Shown: piece after piece, positions 38,995 to 47,262 of the stretch | How the letters are laid out: every line of letters begins with the position of its first letter | Numbering within the stretch: the first letter of the stretch is position 1 | Source of the DNA: Centroscyllium fabricii | Taxonomy: Eukaryota | NCBI GenBank assembly: GCA_051313645.2 | Contig: JBNRSN020000013.1 | Location: forward strand, 104,594,001 to 104,658,000 | Direction of reading: 5' to 3' | Length of the DNA: 64,000 bases | The notes under the pieces: model-generated | What the model saw: the letters and a program-made list of their open reading frames with translations, nothing else | What the model was told of the DNA's origin: nothing | Database searches by the model: none | Made by a program: the position numbers and the translations under genes

Positions 38995-40917
38995 ATGGCG
39001 ACCGCGGCAGGACGTTGGCAGCAGGAGAGAGATATATTGGACTCAGCCTTGAATAAAAGAAGCGTAATGGAGGAAAGGATTGCTGATTATGTATTCAGCA
39101 AAGTGAATTTTACAAAGCAGTGGATTGGGGACCTGTTGGCAGACAAACGCCCACTGGATGCAGCTATCCGTTGGACGGGTAGCAAGGGGCATAAAAAGGC
39201 CATAGAAAAAGCCGTATGGCTAATGTGTTATAAAAAGCAGGTCCAGCTTTCGGACCAGGTGATTGCGGCGCAGACCGCGCAGATAAAAGGGTTAGTCCTA
39301 GAAGTGGAGGAAAAGGTCTCAGGGGGGCAGCGGTTAATCACCGCGCTAGAGGCTCTAAATAATGAGCACCAGGTGAAGACCAACTGCCATGAAGCTAGGG
39401 TTGAGCTCCTAGAAAGACAAGTCGTAGAGGCCATGTCAAGTGAAGGGAAGCTCAGGGAAAGGTGCGTCCGCCTAAGTGGCCAATTGAAGGCACAGGAGGA
39501 GGATTTACTGGGGATGAGGGCAGCATACAAAATGTCCCTCGAGGCCAAATATGAGGACGCCGATCATGGCGCTTGTTTAAAGGAGATTCAGGACCTCAGG
39601 GAGGCCCTGAACAGGTCAAATGGTCTGGTGTGCCTCATCGACCCATCGGTGGGTGAGGTAAAGGTAGCTCAGGAACCCCCGAAGCCAAAGTTAAGGAGGA
39701 GGGCGCCGGAGGCACCAGCCCCCGCGCTCCCCGCGCGATCACCCCACTATACGCAAGCATGGGAGAAAGGGGACAGAGAGGAGGTGGCGGCAAAGGTTCC
39801 CAAAATGGGGAATCCAGACCCGGCACCCATGTGTCCGGTTCGAGAGACGAGGCGGGGTCCCGACACTGCGGCTGGGGATCCCGGGCCCATCCTGAATGAG
39901 GTTATAGTGCCCCATAGCTCGCAACAGATAAGGAGCATGATAGGGCATTTCAAGAAGCTGTCCGCAGCAGGCGATCCGTCCCTGCATTTTAGAGAGGTCG
40001 AACAGGCCGCAGCAATTAACGGCTGTGACGAAGGGGAGCAAGCCAGGATGTTGCTTTTCTCGTTGGATAGCTCTATCCTTCAGTGTCTCTCCGACGAGAG
40101 CAAAAGGGGGGAGAATTGTTATAACGACCTGCGGGACGAGGTCCTAGAAATATTAGGGATGGACGATGAAGGTCCGTTTGTAAGGCTGGGTAGGACCGTG
40201 CAGATGGAGGGAGAACCCCCACGGGTTTTCGCCGGGAGGCTGTGGCCTGTGTATCAGCGCAGCTGCCCAGATGTACCTGCACGGGCTGTTTTGCGCGATG
40301 CCGGGAGAGCCCAGTGGCTCCGGTGTATCGTTGCCAACAGCCTACCCGCCGTTAGAGAGCAGGCGAAGGTGTGGTTTGACCCCACCGATGCTCTAACCAC
40401 AGAGGAGACGGTCCTCAACCGACTCACGGTTGGGTATAAAAATACAAGGAGTTCGGTGATGCACTGCGATAAGGGGAAGGTGTATGCGACTAACGCAAAT
40501 GCCCCAGCGCAGAGAGAGTGGTATCAGGAGGGGGGCAACCCGGGGCAGTCTACATGTCATAGATGCGGGAAGGCAGGCCACTGGCGCAGAGACTGTAGAG
40601 CCCCGTGGAGGGAGGTCAAGGAAAGAGCTCCCGCAGCCCCAGCCCGAGCACCCACTCCCACAGGAGGTGCCGGCGCCACTCTCAGTCCCGAAACAATTGA
40701 GTCCATGCTGGAAGCCATGAAGTTTTATATGACTTCCCAGGGGAAGGTAGCCCCAACCCGAGCACCCGCTCCCACAGGAGGTGCCGGGGCGACTTTAAGT
40801 CCCGAGACGATTGAGTCCACGCTGGGGGCCATGAAGTTGTATATGGCTTCCCAGGGGAAGGCAGCGGTGGCCACCGGTTCCGCAGGCACCGCAGCCCCTC
40901 ACGTGGAAACCCAATGA
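38995..40917 (+). CDS. gag: Gag polyprotein, 640 aa: N-terminal coiled-coil region, capsid with MHR-like motif, single CCHC zinc knuckle
   Basis: MHR-like QMEGEPPRVFAGRL (40201-40242), zinc knuckle CHRCGKAGHWRRDC (40555-40596), and position between PBS and protease. Confidence 0.93.
   Translation: MATAAGRWQQERDILDSALNKRSVMEERIADYVFSKVNFTKQWIGDLLADKRPLDAAIRWTGSKGHKKAIEKAVWLMCYKKQVQLSDQVIAAQTAQIKGLVLEVEEKVSGGQRLITALEALNNEHQVKTNCHEARVELLERQVVEAMSSEGKLRERCVRLSGQLKAQEEDLLGMRAAYKMSLEAKYEDADHGACLKEIQDLREALNRSNGLVCLIDPSVGEVKVAQEPPKPKLRRRAPEAPAPALPARSPHYTQAWEKGDREEVAAKVPKMGNPDPAPMCPVRETRRGPDTAAGDPGPILNEVIVPHSSQQIRSMIGHFKKLSAAGDPSLHFREVEQAAAINGCDEGEQARMLLFSLDSSILQCLSDESKRGENCYNDLRDEVLEILGMDDEGPFVRLGRTVQMEGEPPRVFAGRLWPVYQRSCPDVPARAVLRDAGRAQWLRCIVANSLPAVREQAKVWFDPTDALTTEETVLNRLTVGYKNTRSSVMHCDKGKVYATNANAPAQREWYQEGGNPGQSTCHRCGKAGHWRRDCRAPWREVKERAPAAPARAPTPTGGAGATLSPETIESMLEAMKFYMTSQGKVAPTRAPAPTGGAGATLSPETIESTLGAMKLYMASQGKAAVATGSAGTAAPHVETQ
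38996..39013 (+). promoter_or_regulatory. Primer binding site complementary to tRNA-Arg(TCG)
   Basis: TGGCGACCGCGGCAGGAC lies 3 nt after the 5' LTR. Its reverse complement GTCCTGCCGCGGTCGCCA equals the 3' 18 nt of vertebrate tRNA-Arg(TCG) plus CCA, as I recall that sequence. Confidence 0.88.
40636..40863 (+). repeat. 114-bp (38-aa) tandem duplication in the gag C-terminus
   Basis: APARAPTPTGGAGATLSPETIESMLEAMKFYMTSQGKV / APTRAPAPTGGAGATLSPETIESTLGAMKLYMASQGKA. Confidence 0.92.
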
Positions 40918-43900
40918 CTAAGACCCGCGCTGCCCATTTACCTGTGTCCGCTCCGTTATGATGCATGGAGGAGACCTCTGGTGGAAATGGAGGTGGAAAG
41001 ACAGGAGGGGAATTATCTGTTGGATACGGGGGCCTCATGCACCGTGATCCATACAGAGAAGCCGTTTAATTCCCCAATGTCCACCGGAGTCCCTTTTGCA
41101 TTAGCAGGGTTTACGGGCAAGGAACAGGGGGGCGCGTGCTCTAGGCCACTCTCCATTCAGTTAGGAGCGCTCCACACCACTTGGGAGTGCATCCTACTGA
41201 AATGGGAAGAAGGAGGTGGCAGAGGTATAGTAGGAGCAGATTTTCTGGGAGCACACGGGATCATGATCGACCTAAGGAACCACTGTTTATGGGCAGCCGA
41301 AAGTGGAAGAGGTGAAGTTGTGGTCATAGGGGAGGAAGAAGAAAAGGGGACCCTATGCACCATGAAGCCGTCCGGAGGTTACGACCTCGATAGTTTGTCC
41401 AAAGGGGTTCCGGCCGACATGCAGGCGGCCGTAACGTGGAATATAAACGCCTTTGTGACCCACAAGCACGATTGCGGGAGGGTCTTAGGGTTTGAGGTTA
41501 GCGTACAGGGGGATCCCATGTCCCGACCCCAGAAACAGTATAACTTCCCCAAGGAAGCGGAGTCCGATCTAGAGACAGCGATGTCTTCACTGGTGCGGCA
41601 GGGCGTGTTGAGGCCGATAGCCACCCATGTGAACTCTCCGTTGTGGCCCGTACGGAAGCCAGACAACTCATGGAGAGCCACGGTGGATTATCGGGTCCTC
41701 AACAGTAACATCCCCGCCTGCGCGCCCACGGTGGCAGCAGTTGCCGACCTGATCGGGAGTATTCCCGCTTCCGCCACGGTGTTTACGGTGTTGGATATTT
41801 CCAACGGGTTTTGGTCCATCCCGCTGCGGAGGGAGGATCAGTACAAGTTCGCCTTTACGTTTAAAGGGCAGCAGTACACGTGGAATTGTTTGCCGCAAGG
41901 CTTCCACAACAGCCCCAGTATTTTCCACCAGTGTATGGCAGGGAGTTTAAAGGAGTTTAGTCAGCCCAATCAGGTAGTGCAGTATGTGGACGACTTACTC
42001 CTGTTCACGGACACGAGGGATGAGCACTTGCCATTGCTAGGCGAGCTGCTGGAATTACTGGCTAGGAAGGGTTTTAAAATAAACCCGAAGAAGGCACGGA
42101 TTGGCCAGACAGAAGTAAGGTTTCTGGGTCTGACCATCCGCGCGGGGGAAAGGGCCATAGATAAGGCCAGAAGGGAGTCGGTACAGGAGCTACCGATCCC
42201 GACCACCGTAAAGGGTGTGAGGTCCTTTTTGGGATTGACCGGGTATTGCAGAGACTTCATAGAGGACTATGCAGCCACAGCAGCTCCGCTGCTCCGACTC
42301 TTACATAAGGGAGTTGGGTGGTCATGGGATGAGGGCTGCCAGGCGGCGTTTGAAAAGTTGAAGAGGGACTTGCAAACCGCGCCAGCCCTGGGGGCCATAG
42401 AGGGGGGGAAGGAGTTTTCCCTGGAGGTAGCAGCCGGCGAGGACAGCTTGAGCGCGGTGCTGCTCCAAGAGCGGCACGGCAAGCTGCGACCGGTGGTGTA
42501 TTCCTCAAGGGTACTCATGGAGGTAGAGAGGGGGTTCTCCAACTGCGAACGGCATCTCTTAGCCACGCATTGGGCCGTGAAGAGATCATTAATCTTCACG
42601 GGAACCTCTCCCATTACTCTCCTCACCCACCACACGCCCACCAGGATGCTCCTGGATGGGAGGATAAAGGATGGGACCGTGAGCAGCGTGAGAATTGCGC
42701 GCTGGACTCTTCTTTTGTCCCAAATGGATTTAAAAGTGGAGGGTTTGTGCGAGCCTAAGCTCGCAGCAAATTTGATGTACCCCGGAACGACCCATCGGTG
42801 TTCCGTGGAGGGGGTATGGGAGGTGAACATAGGTCTGCGAGCCGGGATACATCCCACGGGCCGCGAGATCTATGTTGATGGTTCCAGCACGGTGGTGGCT
42901 GGCGAACGACTCACGGGCTGCGGGATTTTTGACCCTACGGCGGACATTGCCTTGGCGGTTAAGCTTCCCCGCACCATGAGCGCGCAGCAGGCCGAGCTGT
43001 CGGCGGTGGCGTACGTGGTAACCCACCCCGAGACCTTCCCAACCCCGTACACAATTTGCTCCGATAGTATGTTTACGTGCAACTCGTGCACGGAGTATCT
43101 GGCCATATGGTCACGTCGCGGGTACACTTCCGCGGACGGGCGGCCATTAACGGTAAAGCCCTTGTTGGAGAAGATCCTAGCAGCAGTAGGGGAAGAAGGG
43201 GAGATCTTCATCCACAAGGTGAAGGCTCACTCTTCCACGGAACCACGTGGGGGAGGCAATCAGCGGGCGGATGCGCTGGCCAAGGAGGGTGCTCGTGAAG
43301 GCACTTTCTGGGACCCCTATGGGTCCGGACCTGTGGCAGCGATCCGGGACAAGGAGGGGAACCGCCCCAGGGTTCCCTTGCCTTTGGATCTCAAAACGGT
43401 CCAAAACCAGGATCCCGTTTTAAAAGCTGTCCTCAAAGCTATTAGTGAGGACAAGCAGGTAGAGGGCCCATACAATAGGGCGACCCTCTCCGTTAAGGAA
43501 GGAATGTTGTTCAGGGAGGAACAGTGGGTTGTGCCGCAGCAGCACAGGAGGGAATTTCTCCAATTGGCCCACGAGGGTCCAGGAGCAGGGCACCCCGGGC
43601 CAGAGGTTACGTGGCAACGGGTGGATATAAACCAGTGTAAAATGTATAAGTCGGGCACGCAGGGGTTGACCACAGGGGCAAGCCCTGTGAGTAGGAACGC
43701 CCAGCCAAGTGCAGGACCACAGGTCGCGCAGGCAGGTAAAGTAGCCTGCGTGAAAGGAGAGGCCCCGATGGAGGAGAGGAGGGTCTCTCGTGCTGTGTGG
43801 GATTCAGATGGGGAGGAGCCGGACCAACCCGACCAAGTGTTGGATCCGATGGACCAACACGACCAAGTGTTGGACCCGATTGGCCAACCCGACCAAGGGT

Positions 43901-44625
43901 TGGACCTGATTGACCTATGTGACCCAGTGCTAGAGTCAATCACAGGGGAGGAGGAGGGGTCGGAGGACGGGGGTTCCGTTCTCGACTCGAATGCCGACGA
44001 GGTAGGGATAGCGGGCGGAGACTCACCACCTGAGGAGATAGGTGAGGTGAGGTCAGAAGCCGCAAGAGATCCCAGTCCCGGGGAAGCGAAGCTGAAGGAG
44101 GGAGGGTCGGTGCTGGCAGCTGTGAAGGAGTCACAGGCTGCAGCACGATCCGGCCCGGCCTTCAGTTCGTCGACGAGGCGAGAGGAGGGAGCGTCGATGC
44201 TGACAGATGTGACGGGGTCACAGGCTGTAGCACGACCTGGCCCGGTCCTCAGGTCGTCGACCCAGGGGGCTCTCGGTCCCAGGGAAGCGAAGCTGGAGGA
44301 AGAGGGGTTGGTGCTGGCAGCTGTGAGGGAGTCACAGGCTGCAGCACAACCTGGCTCGGTCCTCAGTTCGTCGGCCCAGGGAGCGGTACCTAAAGGCACC
44401 CTCCGTCAATCGGAAAGGGTACCCCCGCCCAGGAAAGCTTGGCCAGAACCGTCATATGCCCTCAGGAACAGGAACAGCCCCCGCAAAAGGATAATTATCC
44501 ACCCCCGACAAGCAGCACCAGGCTGCGGAGAATCAAAAGCAGCGACAGGCTGCGGGGAACCAAAGGGAAGGGTCAGCAAGGCACCGCCACGGGGAGCGGC
44601 CCACTACGACCCTGACAGGGGATAG
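40918..44625 (+). CDS. pol: Pol (PR-RT-tether-RNase H-truncated IN-repetitive tail), in frame with gag after one TGA; integrase-defective
   Basis: The frame is open from 40918. Protease LLDTGAS (D at 41023). RT motifs PLWPVRKPDNSWR, LDISNGFW, LPQGFHNSP and YVDD (41983-41994). Degenerate RH at about 42410-42760. Intact RH with YVDGSS, QQAEL, SDS, VKAH and GNQRADALAK at about 42860-43296. IN N-terminal HH half only. Confidence 0.93.
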   Translation, partial: LRPALPIYLCPLRYDAWRRPLVEMEVERQEGNYLLDTGASCTVIHTEKPFNSPMSTGVPFALAGFTGKEQGGACSRPLSIQLGALHTTWECILLKWEEGGGRGIVGADFLGAHGIMIDLRNHCLWAAESGRGEVVVIGEEEEKGTLCTMKPSGGYDLDSLSKGVPADMQAAVTWNINAFVTHKHDCGRVLGFEVSVQGDPMSRPQKQYNFPKEAESDLETAMSSLVRQGVLRPIATHVNSPLWPVRKPDNSWRATVDYRVLNSNIPACAPTVAAVADLIGSIPASATVFTVLDISNGFWSIPLRREDQYKFAFTFKGQQYTWNCLPQGFHNSPSIFHQCMAGSLKEFSQPNQVVQYVDDLLLFTDTRDEHLPLLGELLELLARKGFKINPKKARIGQTEVRFLGLTIRAGERAIDKARRESVQELPIPTTVKGVRSFLGLTGYCRDFIEDYAATAAPLLRLLHKGVGWSWDEGCQAAFEKLKRDLQTAPALGAIEGGKEFSLEVAAGEDSLSAVLLQERHGKLRPVVYSSRVLMEVERGFSNCERHLLATHWAVKRSLIFTGTSPITLLTHHTPTRMLLDGRIKDGTVSSVRIARWTLLLSQMDLKVEGLCEPKLAANLMYPGTTHRCSVEGVWEVNIGLRAGIHPTGREIYVDGSSTVVAGERLTGCGIFDPTADIALAVKLPRTMSAQQAELSAVAYVVTHPETFPTPYTICSDSMFTCNSCTEYLAIWSRRGYTSADGRPLTVKPLLEKILAAVGEEGEIFIHKVKAHSSTEPRGGGNQRADALAKEGAREGTFWDPYGSGPVAAIRDKEGNRPRVPLPLDLKTVQNQDPVLKAVLKAISEDKQVEGPYNRATLSVKEGMLFREEQWVVPQQHRREFLQLAHEGPGAGHPGPEVTWQRVDINQCKMYKSGTQGLTTGASPVSRNAQPSAGPQVAQAGKVACVKGEAPMEERRVSRAVWDSDGEEPDQPDQVLDPMDQHDQVLDPIGQPDQGLDLIDLCDPVLESITGEEEGSEDGGSVLDSNADEVGIAGGDSPPEEIGEVRSEAARDPSPGEAKLKEGGSVLAAVKESQAAARSGPAFSSSTRREEGASMLTDVTGSQAVARPGPVLRSSTQGALGPREAKLEEEGLVLAAVRESQAAAQPGSVLSSSAQGAVPKGTLRQSERVPPPRKAWPEPSYALRNRNSPRKRIIIHPRQAAPGCGESKAATGCGEPKGRVSKAPPRGAAHYDPDRG
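43821..43940 (+). repeat. 30-bp (10-aa, DQPDQVLDPM-like) tandem repeat, 4 copies, in the Pol tail
   Basis: GGACCAACCCGACCAAGTGTTGGATCCGAT followed by three progressively diverged copies. Confidence 0.9.
44080..44382 (+). repeat. Three copies of a ~28-34-aa module (E-G-S-VLAAV-ESQAAA-PG-SSS) in the Pol tail
   Basis: GTCACAGGCTG(C/T)AGCAC core repeated at about 44130, 44217 and 44332. Confidence 0.85.
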
Positions 44626-45457
44626 GTAGGCCGCCCGGGAGAGGCGGCACTGTATATAATGAAAAAAAATAAGTTTGGTAGTGTCAAGGGAGTAGCCCGA
44701 ATTAAGTTTGAATTTTGTTAAAGGTGAAGGGGAGTGTTTAGGTAATATGGAATCTGTCCAGGAGGCGTGCACATCTCACCACAGCCAGGCGCTCTTGGGA
44801 GGCCGGCAACCCCTTTGTTTAATTACAGAACCCAGAGAGGCGGGGATTCTGATGACGCGTGCGGGCATCAAAGATGGACTGGCCTGCCGGGGCCACACCG
44901 GGGAGTAAGGACGGCTGGGAACGGACCCAATGGAGCATCCCAGCACGTCGGAATCTGCTTGTGGAGAGACTTGGTTTTCTGTGCCCCGGATCAAGACCAT
45001 CGCACCCAGGACCGGCGCTATCATCGGTAAAAGGACTTACTTCTGTTGAGGGATAGGAAGATCCCAGCGAGCCGATGGTGGTGGCTGCAGAAGACCGCCA
45101 GAACACTGTACAAACTTTGGGACAAATGGGGGGATTGATGAGGGGAGAAATGTGTGTGTTTATATTTTCCTGATGGTTGTGTGATGTCTCTTTTAAGTTA
45201 ATAAATGATATAAACAGGTGGAGACGAAGGCATCGGCCTGGCAGACGTGGAAGGAACCAGGAGGTGTAAGACATGGTGGTGTAAATATACGATTGCCCAG
45301 GGTAAAGGCAATGCGAGGTTGGTCAAAGGGAATGGGAACCGCATGTGTCATGGGGCAAGAGTTAATTTAGGTAACCAGGAGAGTTGAGGTGTGGAGAATC
45401 GGGAATCTTGCTCAACCTTTCTTAATTGATTCGCTAAGCAGGGTTATGCTAATCAAC

Positions 45458-45465
45458 AGGAGGGA
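45458..45465 (+). promoter_or_regulatory. Polypurine tract (plus-strand primer)
   Basis: AACAGGAGGGA-C immediately precedes the TGTA start of the 3' LTR. Confidence 0.8.
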
Positions 45466-45466
45466 C

Positions 45467-47262
45467 TGTAAGGTCGCAATATTCCCTGCCAAAACGGATT
45501 CACAAAGACCAGAAACGAAGGATGGAGTATACATATTTTCTTTTATTTGAACAATGACAGACAAGACAGGCTGCGGCCTGATCAGAGAAAAGGGGCCTCC
45601 AAGATGGCCGCCGGACCACATGGCATAGTGCAAAACCGAAACTAAAACTCAACTCGAAAAGCCCGCGAAGAAACCAGACATAAAGGCGCTGTTAAACCTG
45701 TAAATAAATAGCCTGCCCTTTAGAAACCGATTAGCCCGACAAAGAGATGCACCCAGTTTAAATAAGCACCCAAAACAACTGCAAATACGAAGCAGCTGGC
45801 CCGTTTAGCCAGCTACAGAAATTGTATACCCTTCGAGCATAAAGCGATTAGCACCCTTGAAAACAATGGGACTCTAACCGGAGAAGTTAGAGCCACCATC
45901 AAAACTATTACCGGCAGGCTTGGCTGGACAAAGGAATGCAATAACCGCTTTCTACACACAATACAGGCCCTAATGGGAAAGACATTAGGCATTCAACATT
46001 TGGGGTATAACTGGCAGCACATTTCTACAATTCGCTCTCTTATGACTTAGGACTCGTGGAGGCGACCTCTTGAAGCGGTGAGGTCTCCCTTAGCTCTTCT
46101 CGTCTCTTCTTTTTCGGTGAGCTCTTGGAGAAGGCTCTTGGATTTCTCTCTCTCGACTCGTGGAGGCGACCTCTTGAAGCGGTGAGGTCTAGCAGTGACT
46201 TTGGGTGGGCTGTCTTTCTCGAAGACTCCAGTTCAGCTTTCTGGGTGCAGGGCAAGCAGGGTGAAGGCTCTGGCAGGACAGCAGAGTTGGGGCAGGGCAG
46301 TGTCGCATCGGAGAACCATTGCTGGTGAGGTAGTTGGTTGTTGAGGCCCATTAGCGAAGCATCCTGTTGAACACGGCGACTAAGCTAGCGTCGGAAGAGT
46401 GGGGAAGCCCATTAGTGAAGCATCTTGGCGAACTAAGAATAAACTATCATTTGAAGAGTGGGAAAGCAATTAGGCTAGCAGTCCGTTACAGTTCGGCTTG
46501 AGAGGGCAGGATCGGCATACCCCAGGGTCCGGTTCAGCCAGGGAGACGGTGCGGTTGGTGCGAGGAGATAGAGCAGCCTCGAGGAACCCGTCCGGGACCA
46601 GCCCGAGCAGGAGCGACCGCCGCCCAAAGGGAGAAGACAACAAGTGGACTCCCGAATCTTCCACAGCCACGTGACGACCGACGCTGCAGCCGAGGAAGCG
46701 AGGAACTTCGTAGCAGATCCCGAGTATTACCGAGTGGTGAGCATGTGCCTCGATCCTACACACCTGGACATAGCTAGGCAATAGAGGGAAGGGTGGTTTA
46801 TTTGGGGTGTATTTATAGAGTCATTGCCCCGATTTACGTTGTGCCGTGCGTTCCCCATCCCATAAGTTATCTGTGTATGTACATATATATATATCTGTTT
46901 GGGAAACAATTGTTGGTGTATCATACTGTGTCACTCTGATGAAATACAACCTAACTGCTGTAAATATATCTCTTGGTGTAATAAACCTTTATCCTTACTG
47001 CTGTAAATATATCTCTTGGTGTAATAAAAATCTTCCAACTTTACAAACTTTTATTCGAGTCTAAAATCTGAGTCCAATCGGTATCTCGTCTCTCTCTCTC
47101 TCTCTTCCTGCACCTAAGTCCAGCGTCTAGAACCGTAAAGGGTGAGCGATTCGAACCGCTCGCGGGGGAGGAGGTTATTGCGCGAGGCCTAGCGGACTGC
47201 TAGCGCAAGGCAGTAACGGACCCCAAGTCGTACAATAAAATATACGGCGCACGCTCCTTACA
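45467..47262 (+). repeat. 3' LTR (1796 bp)
   Basis: Near-identical direct repeat of 37197-38992; ends CCTTACA and is followed by TSD GCGG. Confidence 0.97.

Larger units (their letters stand above)
37197..47262 (+). mobile_element. Retrovirus-like LTR element (provirus), 10,066 bp: gag-pro-pol with tether plus RNase H, no env, integrase core missing
   Basis: Paired 1796-bp LTRs with TG...CA ends, 4-bp TSD, PBS, PPT, gag with CCHC knuckle, pol with PR/RT/RH motifs. Confidence 0.97.

Noticed and set aside
43317-44399. 360-aa antisense ORF over the Pol tail
   Set aside because: It lies codon-aligned opposite a GC-rich repetitive sense ORF, starts at GTG and has no recognisable domain; most likely a shadow ORF.
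44626-45466. env gene
   Set aside because: There is no long sense ORF, furin site, fusion peptide or transmembrane segment.
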